Positions 54,647 to 64,000 of a stretch of 64,000 nt of DNA are shown piece after piece. Below the pieces are notes generated by a model. It was not told the DNA's origin and did not search any database. It was given only the letters and a program-made list of their open reading frames with translations. Location: NCBI RefSeq assembly GCF_000150275.1, contig NW_002060963.1, positions 529,262 through 593,261 of the forward strand. Reading direction: 5' to 3'. Position numbers and translations under genes: made by a program. The stretch's first letter is position 1; each line of letters opens with the position of its first letter. The stretch comes from Trichoplax adhaerens (Eukaryota; Animalia; Placozoa).

Positions 54647-56309
54647 GATTAAATTTGATGCAGCTTTTGAGCTAATAGATGAGATGCGATGAAAGTATAG
54701 CAATACCTTTTATAAGTTAGGAAAGTTTTAATTAGATATAGCACTTGCGAAGTTTAACTTGTTATTCTTACTTCGTATAACCAAGTTAATTTATATCGGT
54801 CAGGAGAACGCTTATTAGTTCTACTGTATAGATTTGCAAGGACTCAACTTATAATGTACTTTGACCTCAACTAAAAAAATAACTTAAATTGACGTCTACT
54901 AACGCAGTTTCTGCAACATAAACACGGGTGGAGCCCGGCAATATACCGTATGTCAGTACGTCAACAAATTTCAGTGTCAATAAATTAGTGTCTACGAGTA
55001 TCTTGAAGTACCCTCAAAACAAACGAAAACTTCTGCTATTTGTCTTATGCTACAAATTTCTTTCTATCATTATTAAATGTATTATAGTTTATCTCGTACA
55101 AAATTAAAGTCAATTTTTAACATAGAGATAGTATATTGGAGTTCTCGAAACTTATAGTTTCATATTTAATTACAAGCTGATGCTATTATAATGGCTAGCA
55201 AGTACGATGGAATTAAACGATCATTCTTCGGTTATTTACTACGCCATCAGATAATCTAATTCATAGCAACATTGATCAATAGCTCATTGAAAGCTTCAGC
55301 AATAGCCTAGAAAATAGATTTATTATAAATGTTTACATCAAGATATAATATTTTTAAGGATAACTCACTTAGACATTTCATGGTAATTAATTTTTATTAT
55401 AGGCACTGCAATGTGATTGGTAGTTAAAGTGGTTAATAATCTGCCTTAACTTTACTTTATTTATATTATATTACATCTACATATGAGGAAGAAGTTTAAT
55501 GCACGTAACCACTAATAGTAAGCAAGAAGAAAGCTCAATATCTCTATCCGATAATCTCCACGATAATAACTATTTTATCCTGCGGCTATCTTAAAAATAC
55601 TCATCGATCGATGGATGATAGCAGTTAGCAATTTACAATATTTCATTTTGTGTATTTTTGTTCAGTATTTTGAGAGCCCTAAACTATCATAGATTTGTTG
55701 GTATTGTCTAAGGTCCTGCTACGGATGCTATTGAAGCAATATCGCCAATTAGTTGTTATGATTAAAATTAATGCGGTACTTTGTGTATGTGAAATCGATA
55801 TTAGCTGTAATTTACTGTAACTGTGAGATCTTATAACGTTTATTATTGAAACAAGATACAGTGACATTCTATGAAGGTATACCCAATATCCGCTACTTAG
55901 CGTTATCGATTGTAGATAGCGCAAATGTTAGTAATTGTTAAAGTAATTTGTTACATACTCACGTTTAAAGAATTCTATCGTGGTTTACAGAATGTAATTT
56001 ATAATAGTTTATTGCCAATATACTGTGATATAGCAATTATCAAACAATTGCAAAGATGTCTGGTTTTCATTGAAAGCTGTAAAACATTTTTGTTATACGG
56101 ACCTGAGTGTATCACGTAGGTAGATGATGTATTGATATTTTAAAATATTTATCAAAGGCCAAGTAAACTATTTTACATGTTAATCTGGATTACTTCAACT
56201 TGAAAATATGATACAAAGCTGTATAGGGCTATCGAGTAAGTTGACAAAAAATTTGATACAGCAATATAATTAGTTGGTTAGTTATTATAAGCGTGCCACA
56301 TCCCATCTT

Positions 56310-57523
56310 TTACGCAGAAGGGAGTACTTCTGCTTTTCTTAATTTTAACTCATAGCAAGTATTTTCAATTTTAGCCAAGTTTTGTTGTACTTGATGGCAT
56401 TTCTTAGTCAATCCCTTTATTTTCTTGGAGAGCCCAACAAATCTTTTGTATATGACGCGAATAAAGACACAAATTCGATAGCATCGACTTTCTCCACCAC
56501 TTCCACTGGCATTGATGCATAATCTCATCAATTCACCAGATAAATCAGCGATACCTAGTATGGATAGCAGGAGTAAAATACCAGGTTAGCAAGTTCTGAT
56601 TCATACACGTACGATGGTAGCAATGACAGAAGTAAACAGAATTTTCGCATGCTTTATATTATTACTGGTTCAGTTATAGTCAGCATATTATGCTCTACTA
56701 TCCTGATTACAGCATAAAAATAAACTACTGGCATTTGTAGTATGCGGTAGTATCTCCTCGATAGTCTTTATCATTATTGGAATTTACATCTTTTGCATAT
56801 CCTATTCGATTGTACTGTATACTGTATAACATATACGTATATATTCACTAGATCACAGTCTACAATAACAGGAATCCAATCAGTATTCTAACATCGTAGC
56901 ACAATAGTAGTTGCACTTGTACAAGTGTAAGTAGTAATACATTCTAGTCAAGTACCGTAGAAGAGACACTAAGCGCTAAACTATTCAATAAAATGATAAC
57001 TTTTCAGCTGAACTACTGTACCTGCTGCAAAATCGTATGCTGTTAATAGTTTACCAGGTAATGGAGCAAGATCAATAAATTGGCTCAATGAAATCAGTTT
57101 ACTTTCTTTTAAATAATAGTAATACGTCATTGCTTCGACAAATTCTTCTAAACCAGGCCAGTAAGCCCTAGCATACAAGTATCGATCATCGTTATCGACC
57201 TTGGCGACAATTTTACTCCATTGCTTGATCTGTATTTCATCTAGTTTGTTTTTAGCCTCTAGTAATACCTCTTCCTGTTTACTAGAGTCGTTAAGAGCTC
57301 GATGTAATAAGAATATACATCTTTTACTAGCAATAGTAATATCGCGGCTACTTTTAACTAAACGTTCATGTTTATCATTTTTACGATCTAATTCCATTTG
57401 ATATTTTACGAATTGCGTGGCGATGTCGTTGTTGTTTTTTGCATCATCGTGTCCAGCTTGGATGGACATTTCCTGTTGAACATTTTCGTTCAATTTGATT
57501 CTCTTCTCGCCTTTATCGCCCAT
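56310..57523 (-). CDS. TSNAX: Translin-associated factor X (TRAX), copy 2
   Basis: Exons 57523-57022 and 56554-56310. Motifs ELDRKNDKHERLVKSSRDITIASKRCIFLLHR, PGLEEFVEA, GIADLSGELMRLCIN and KIENTCY. Confidence 0.9.
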
Positions 57524-57940
57524 CGACTCACACTGTGATCAATTATATATATAGCTATGGCTTAGTCAATAATTCAATTGGCTAGTAATAAAGTATTGAG
57601 CCACTATTTAGATTGAATCGCTGCATCCTTGGTGGAATCCATTGCTCCTTTCTCTTCCAGGTCAATTCTGCATTGGAGCAGGTTGCTACAATTCAGTCGA
57701 GTGTATCGTTTTCATGTCGCTTCCCATACACAACGCTGTATTTGATTACCAAACGTGGATTGTCTTTCAAATTGGCATGTGCAAATCGAGTTGTCACCCT
57801 TTCGAGGAAGTCTGGTTGAAAAAGTGATCATATAACTTACTGTGATATGGAAGATTTCTCAGAAAGAATCAAAAAGAGGATTTTAGATGACACCTTATTT
57901 TGCACACCGTTGTATCTCCATTGTACACTAGACAATGTAC

Positions 57941-58016
57941 AGTGTACAGTGTACAGTACTTAAGTGTACAGTGTACAGTACTTAAGTGTACAGTGTACAG
58001 TACTTAAGTGTACAGT
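57941..58016. repeat. 22-bp tandem repeat x3.5 (AGTGTACAGTGTACAGTACTTA)
   Basis: Exact units at 57941-57962, 57963-57984, 57985-58006 plus a partial unit, between divergent TRAX copy 2 and the F-box-ANK gene. Confidence 0.92.
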
Positions 58017-58333
58017 AGCATGTACTGTAGTGGACTCATTGCGTTGTTAGTCTTTGGTGTGACTTGATTGGAAGGTATCCCCCGTACGCTACTTCTACCA
58101 CTATGTATTACACTGAAATCAAAGCACAACGCTCGATTGCCTATAGAAGGCCAATCCTAGACCCAATCTATCCCGCTGTTGTTATATCAACCGAGGCTAT
58201 CCTATCCATTTTGAGGATAAAGTTAATGGCTGAGGTAGATCATCGTTGGTGGTTATATACTAGTCAGTAATTAGCTCCAATTTTGAATTCGAGAAGAAGT
58301 TATTAATGTAGGAATCAGTTCTTGCTGAAGAAG

Positions 58334-60397
58334 ATGGCGTTTCATTTGAATTCATCTTATTTTCCATTATTTAACTTACCTGACGAATTAATCTATTGTA
58401 TATTTGGCTTTGTCCATGGATGTGATTTAGCCAGACTTTGCAGGGTTTGCTCGAGATTAAATCATTTTATTGCACAAGATCAGCTAGTATGGAAAGAAGC
58501 AATCAATTCTGAGTTGAGTGGAAAACCGCTCTTGCTAAGCCATGAAAACTATAAAGATTTCTATAAGAGAGCTTATTTAGGATTATATCGAAGTGTAGCC
58601 GACATGGTCAAGCAACGATTAATGCAAAAATTGGATCGTGAAGCTGAAACGGATGCCGATTGCTGTGCCAGATATATTATTGAAAAGAAATATTCATATG
58701 GACATTACCTAAAGGAACAAGGTACACAACGAAATAACAGATCGAAAGCGGAAGATTCCAATCAACAAGCTCATTTATGCTTTTATTTATGTACTGCGGC
58801 TAAACATAGTTATGAAGTTTGGGCCGATAAATTATGCCAACAAGGAGCTAAATTATGTGGAATCACTTTTATGCCTGAAGCTTTAGATCTACTTGAAGAC
58901 TTATTTATTTGTCCATTGTATTTTGCTACACGTGAAAATAATGTTGCCATGGTTAAAAAAATTATTGAATTAGGAATTGTTTATCAACCTCAAAATCCGC
59001 AATATATATTGCATGTTGATGATGCCACTAGCTCCAAAGTATCATCCATTTACTCAACCATACAAGCAATCATTTGCAAAGTATTGATATGTATTCGTCA
59101 TGATCCTCACTTATTACAGCCGTTTTTAAATTCCTTGAAATTACCTCCAATTCATCAGGCTGCAATCTATGGTAATATCGACGAATTAAATCGACTTATA
59201 AAGGAGGAACATGCCGATCTTGACATGATGGACAATTACAATATGACTCCTTTAATGTACTCCATACTAATTAGTCGCGAACATATTGTGCGCTACATTT
59301 ACAGGTCGCAAATGGATATCTTAATTGGTTACCCTTTAGCCGATTCTATCAGCGCCGCATTAGGAGGTATTGAATATAAAGTGCTACAAATTATACGACA
59401 ACATGACTATGAGTGTTATGAAGCTGTTATATTTGAAGCATTTGGAGATGAAAGATTTTTTACTAACTCTAGTAATAGAGAAGTATTGCAATTCATTTTA
59501 GCTGATTTAACTAATCAAGAGACGTTTTATGCAGCTTGTCAGAGTGCAATTTCCTCTCGAAATGGTCGTCTTATTCATCAATTAATATCAGATTTGCCAA
59601 CACTATTACAGTTATACGCGAATTCAAGCGATGATGTTCAAGGCTTATTACAACAAATTACATTTGCAAGAAAGAAGGTCATTACTGAGCATGGTAAAGA
59701 GTTAGTCTTAGATGCCGCACAATTTGGACAAGGCAATTGCATTCGAGAATTAGTTGTACAGGGTGTTCAACCAAATATGCATTGCGTACGAGAAATGTTA
59801 TATCTAGGTATAGGTATTGAGTTACCCAGCCATTTTGCTATTGCTAGTAATACTAAATACAAACAGTTTCATCAGTTTCTACTACAATTAAGTGGCCAAG
59901 ATTTCGACACAAATGCTGTTGTTAAAACATTACAATTTTATACGTTTGCAAAAGCAATTGCAGATCTACCTACGTATCAGACCATGAAAGAAACTATCAA
60001 TCGCATAATAACCGAAATAATGTGTCGCACTATGCACAGTGATTGGTACCAGCCAATGTTCATTGATAATCGGCTACAGAAAAGGGTGGACGAAATTAGT
60101 TGCACACTATTACAGAATTTAATGTCTCTCAATAAGAAATATGATATCAATGCTCGTGATAGAAGTTATGGTCTGCGTAAAGAAACTGCTTTGCATGTTG
60201 CATCTAGACTTGGAAATCCTGCTTGGGTACAATTATTCTTACAGGCTGGTGCAGATAGGCAAATTGAAGATCGCTTCCTAGAAAAGCCAATCAATTGCGT
60301 CCGTAAATCTGCTAAAGAATGTAAATACTTACTACAAAATTATCATTCGTGCTCATTACCATCGAAACCAAAATATTCCCCACCTGTGTATGATTAA
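58334..60397 (+). CDS. Intronless F-box + ankyrin-repeat protein, copy 1
   Basis: First ATG at 58334. F-box LFNLPDELIYCIFGFVHGCDLARLCRVCSRL...WK. Ankyrin-like repeats CPLYFATRENNVAMVKKIIELG, PIHQAAIYGNIDELNRLI...DNYNMTPLMYS and DINARD...ETALHVASRLGNPAWVQLFLQAGAD. Confidence 0.85.
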   Translation: MAFHLNSSYFPLFNLPDELIYCIFGFVHGCDLARLCRVCSRLNHFIAQDQLVWKEAINSELSGKPLLLSHENYKDFYKRAYLGLYRSVADMVKQRLMQKLDREAETDADCCARYIIEKKYSYGHYLKEQGTQRNNRSKAEDSNQQAHLCFYLCTAAKHSYEVWADKLCQQGAKLCGITFMPEALDLLEDLFICPLYFATRENNVAMVKKIIELGIVYQPQNPQYILHVDDATSSKVSSIYSTIQAIICKVLICIRHDPHLLQPFLNSLKLPPIHQAAIYGNIDELNRLIKEEHADLDMMDNYNMTPLMYSILISREHIVRYIYRSQMDILIGYPLADSISAALGGIEYKVLQIIRQHDYECYEAVIFEAFGDERFFTNSSNREVLQFILADLTNQETFYAACQSAISSRNGRLIHQLISDLPTLLQLYANSSDDVQGLLQQITFARKKVITEHGKELVLDAAQFGQGNCIRELVVQGVQPNMHCVREMLYLGIGIELPSHFAIASNTKYKQFHQFLLQLSGQDFDTNAVVKTLQFYTFAKAIADLPTYQTMKETINRIITEIMCRTMHSDWYQPMFIDNRLQKRVDEISCTLLQNLMSLNKKYDINARDRSYGLRKETALHVASRLGNPAWVQLFLQAGADRQIEDRFLEKPINCVRKSAKECKYLLQNYHSCSLPSKPKYSPPVYD

Positions 60398-62686
60398 ATT
60401 TGTAACTTAATCGTTCTTACTATTCCTGCTGATGCTAAAACATGATGTATTCAATATTAATTACTGTTAAGGTACCAACCTTGCTGGATCAAAAATTATT
60501 ATTTATCTCAGATAAATACTATATTGAAATGTAGGATTAATTAACTTACTACACTTGTAAATCAATATCATATTCAGGAGCTACATTGCGGTATTCGTTA
60601 TAAAAATGATTGCGTCTGATTGAATATAAAGTGAGTAATAGCACTGTAGAAGCTGTTCAATACTTACAGACAATATCGTTAATACACGTAAATCGCACTC
60701 TTTTGTATATTCATTTCAAATTTCGAGAAGTCTTTAAATATTTTGTTCCTGTACTTTATAATAATTACCATATAGAGATCGTGAAAATATGTTGAATAGC
60801 TTATATTTATTGCTGTTGATACGAGAATAAAAAGCACTCGTAAGGCACAAAATAATCTAGTCATAGCCTAATTGATGCATACTTGTTGGCACATTTAGCA
60901 TCAATACTTTGATAGTAACAGACAAACTGTATTAAAATAGTGCAGTTCAGCGTGGAAATCCAGCTACTTTACTGTTATTATCACAAGAAGGTTCAAATAG
61001 ACAAATTGACGATTGCCTTTTACAGGAACTGGTCCATAATGTTAATGAAGGGTCAAAGAGTACCGATACTTGCTTAAAAGCTATCGATTATGTCTTTGTC
61101 TTACAGTACCGAAATACTAATAAATCGGAATTATTTAAGGCTATAACTGATCACTGCTGTTATTGAAATTTCACTTAAAAACTTATTGGAGAATAAGTAC
61201 GAATCAAATTAACATAGTTTATAATCTGGATCTGACCTAGTCTTGAAACTAAGGTATTACCGAAGGAATAGCAATGATGAATACGGCTATCTTAGCAATG
61301 AGCTCAAAGCTAATATAAATTTCCACTACTGACCAACAACAGATAGAGATAATTGTCATGATTTTATAAGAATAGAAATAATAATAGTTTGATCACGAGC
61401 ATAGTCAAGATTCGATCGAAGCTTAAGATTAACTATAGATGAGTTATTGCGTCGATAATTATATGCTGTATACTCGTATATAATTATAACTTATAGTTAA
61501 GCAGCAATCTTAGTTTAATAGCATCAAACTTTTAGTATCAAACTTTTAGTGGTACATCATCGTGGAGGCTTAATCGCCACTGAGCTAAAGGAGTACCGAG
61601 TACGGTACAATCAAAACAAATTTTTTTCTCCTAGGTACATGATCGAAGTTATAGTTTTTATTACTACTTATAATGATGTAGAAATTTAATACATGTCTTA
61701 CTTAATTATTATATCGTTTCTTATCATTATCACCCCTTATTTGATCGAAAAGTTATTTATCTCGGGAAGATATCCTAATGAAATGTAGAATGAACTAACT
61801 TACTTGCAGGCATAATTTTACATCATAATTAGCAGTTATAGGTGTTACAGTATAGTCATCAAAATGATTGCATCGACTTAATTATAGAGTTAATAAGTGC
61901 TACATTAAGCGGAGACAGTCTAGTATTACAGTTGGTATCGGCAGATACTATGCATATATCACACTGTTTTTCATATTCAATATAAATTTCGATAAGTTTA
62001 TGTTGCATCTACTATAACAGCATAAGAGCTGCTAAAAACGACAGCAAGGTACAGATACGAGTCCTCTCTAGAATCAAATCTTGAATTATTATTATTGCGA
62101 AAATTAGCCTTTTTTCCAATCTTCTAACGTTGTTCGTAAGAAGCTTTAAAAAGTATATACGTAACATATACACTGTAGTCAGCGACCACTAATATGATAG
62201 AATCTATCCTGCTGTGATACTGTAAATAGAATTGTCACTGGTAAATTAATTGACTTCCTTTTTTAGTAATCTGTAGCAGAATTTGTTTCTCCATATTAGA
62301 CAGTGAAATCTGTCATATATCTGAATCTTAGACTTGCTTAATGTTAGTATAGTAATTATCTAGTAAGGTAGTACTGTTTGACTAGCCCGGTTCTATAGCT
62401 GTATTAGAATGAAGACTGCGGAATTTTTACGGTAACTATAGAAGTAATGCGAAATAAAGTTAGCTTGTAACTTAGGAGAAGAAGCATGTGTATTTCTTTG
62501 AGTTCGAACCTATTCACCACGAAAATACACAACAAAGTCCTCAAATTCTAACGTTATACTGTGGTCTAAATACAGTAAGCATAAAGATTGCGCGCGGGTT
62601 TATAAATCTAAACTGGATCCATTTGAATGCTCTATCATTTCCCATTTTTAAATCGATTTGAAGGCCGTTCATAAAAATCAATAAAA

Positions 62687-64000
62687 ATGGTGAATGTATA
62701 TGATCCTTGTTATTTTCCATTTTTTAGCTTACCGGATAAAATAATCTATGATATCTTTAATTTCTTATACGGAACTGACCTAGCTAAGCTTTGCTTGGTA
62801 TCCTCTCAGTTCAATCATTGGATATTTGCTCGAAATCAACTTGCGTGGAAAGATGCGATCTATTCTGAATTAAGTACAAATCCAGTCTTGATAAGCCAAG
62901 AAAGTTATCGAGATTTTTATAAGAGAGCCTATTTAGGATTATATCGGTGTATAATCGATAAAGTTTCAGAACGTAAAAAGTTGGGTATGGAACAGAAACG
63001 GAGTAGTGAAGATACGCCCAAATGTGTTTGGAGAAGCTCTTTTCTAGTTGAGAAAGAATATTCATATGGCCATTACTTAAAGCAAGAGAAAACACAACAA
63101 AACTCATCATGCATACGTGCTAATCTAGATCGACAAGATCGTTTACGCCGCTATTTGTGTACTGCAGCAAAACATGGTTACGAAGTTTGGGCAGCTACAT
63201 TATGCCATCAAGGGGCTAATATTTGTGGCCTCTATTTTACTCTTGGTCGTATTCATTTTGATAACTATGAAGATTATTTCTTGTGTCCATTATACTTTGC
63301 TACACTTGAAAATAATGAAAGAATGATTCAAAAAATTATAGAATTAGGAATTCGTTATCAATCGCCAAATCCATACTATATATTGCCATCGAATGATGCT
63401 AGTTTCGCAGAAGAAAATGCATCGGGTGATTATGTGACTTTTTCACTACATTTTTCAGATCTACAAGAAATGATTTGTAAAGTATTAATATGCATAAATG
63501 ATAATGCTGCCTTATTGGAGGCATTTTTAAATTCCTTGGATTTACCATCAATTCATCAAGCTGCAATCTATCAAAATATCGATGAATTCAGTAGATTTTT
63601 CGACTATAGTAGAAATTCTGATCTTAATGACATGGATCATTATAATATGACGCCTATAGTGTATTGCATATTGCTAAATCGAAAAGATATTGTTCGGTAC
63701 ATTTACAACTCAAGGACAGACATCATTGTTGGTCGTCGCTTAGCCGAATCTATTAAAACAGTATCAAGTAGTATTCCATATGATATGTTAAAAATTATAC
63801 GAGAACATGACAATAAATGCTATAAAGCTGTGGTATTTGGAATATTTGCTGATGAGAAAGTTTTTACTTCCGACAGATTTAAAGATGTACTTAGATTGAT
63901 CTTAATTGATCTCGTTGATGAAGATGTATTTTACGCTGCTTTTGACGGAGCTATTTCCTCTGGAAGCAATCAACTAATTAATTTATTAATTTTAGACTTA
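62687..64000 (+). CDS. Intronless F-box + ankyrin-repeat protein, copy 2 (3' end beyond window)
   Basis: Open frame from ATG 62687 to the window end, absent from the ORF track because it has no stop. MVNVYDPCYFPFFSLPDKIIYDIF..., DFYKRAYLGLYR, EYSYGHYLK, LCTAAKHGYEVWA, CPLYFAT, SIHQAAIY and DHYNMTP are collinear with copy 1. Confidence 0.85.
   Translation, partial: MVNVYDPCYFPFFSLPDKIIYDIFNFLYGTDLAKLCLVSSQFNHWIFARNQLAWKDAIYSELSTNPVLISQESYRDFYKRAYLGLYRCIIDKVSERKKLGMEQKRSSEDTPKCVWRSSFLVEKEYSYGHYLKQEKTQQNSSCIRANLDRQDRLRRYLCTAAKHGYEVWAATLCHQGANICGLYFTLGRIHFDNYEDYFLCPLYFATLENNERMIQKIIELGIRYQSPNPYYILPSNDASFAEENASGDYVTFSLHFSDLQEMICKVLICINDNAALLEAFLNSLDLPSIHQAAIYQNIDEFSRFFDYSRNSDLNDMDHYNMTPIVYCILLNRKDIVRYIYNSRTDIIVGRRLAESIKTVSSSIPYDMLKIIREHDNKCYKAVVFGIFADEKVFTSDRFKDVLRLILIDLVDEDVFYAAFDGAISSGSNQLINLLILDL

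Noticed and set aside
57600-57830. Minus-strand frame with a single in-frame TGA (possible second selenoprotein)
   Set aside because: No recognisable family or redox motif and no SECIS found. It lies inside the putative TRAX2 5'UTR intron.
62687-64000. Second F-box-ANK copy as a pseudogene
   Set aside because: The frame is open to the window end. It is missing from the ORF track only because the stop lies outside the window.

Overview
Eukaryotic, AT-rich, gene-dense animal DNA with many short introns. The composition and gene architecture are consistent with an early-branching metazoan such as the placozoan Trichoplax (inference, not proven). Genes in order: RSPH4A/6A-like radial spoke head (-), TRIM9/67-like E3 ligase (+), selenoprotein L (-), kinesin KIF6 (+), APLF (-), TRAX copy 1 (+), a glutamate carboxypeptidase II/NAALADase-family gene (-), TRAX copy 2 (-), and two tandem intronless F-box + ankyrin genes (+), the second running off the window end. 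The best hidden feature is the 11-exon selenoprotein L gene, which the ORF track essentially misses. It has an in-frame TGA-CTG-CCC-TGA (UxxU) motif and a textbook SECIS in a separate 3'UTR exon spliced immediately after the stop codon. Other notable items: a U12 minor-spliceosome intron and a GC-AG intron in KIF6, RFX X-boxes at the ciliary genes, GTAC-rich tracts at divergent promoters, a ~144-bp hairpin, an inverted TRAX duplication, and the intronless F-box-ankyrin array. Exon boundaries were read by hand and may be off by a few bases.
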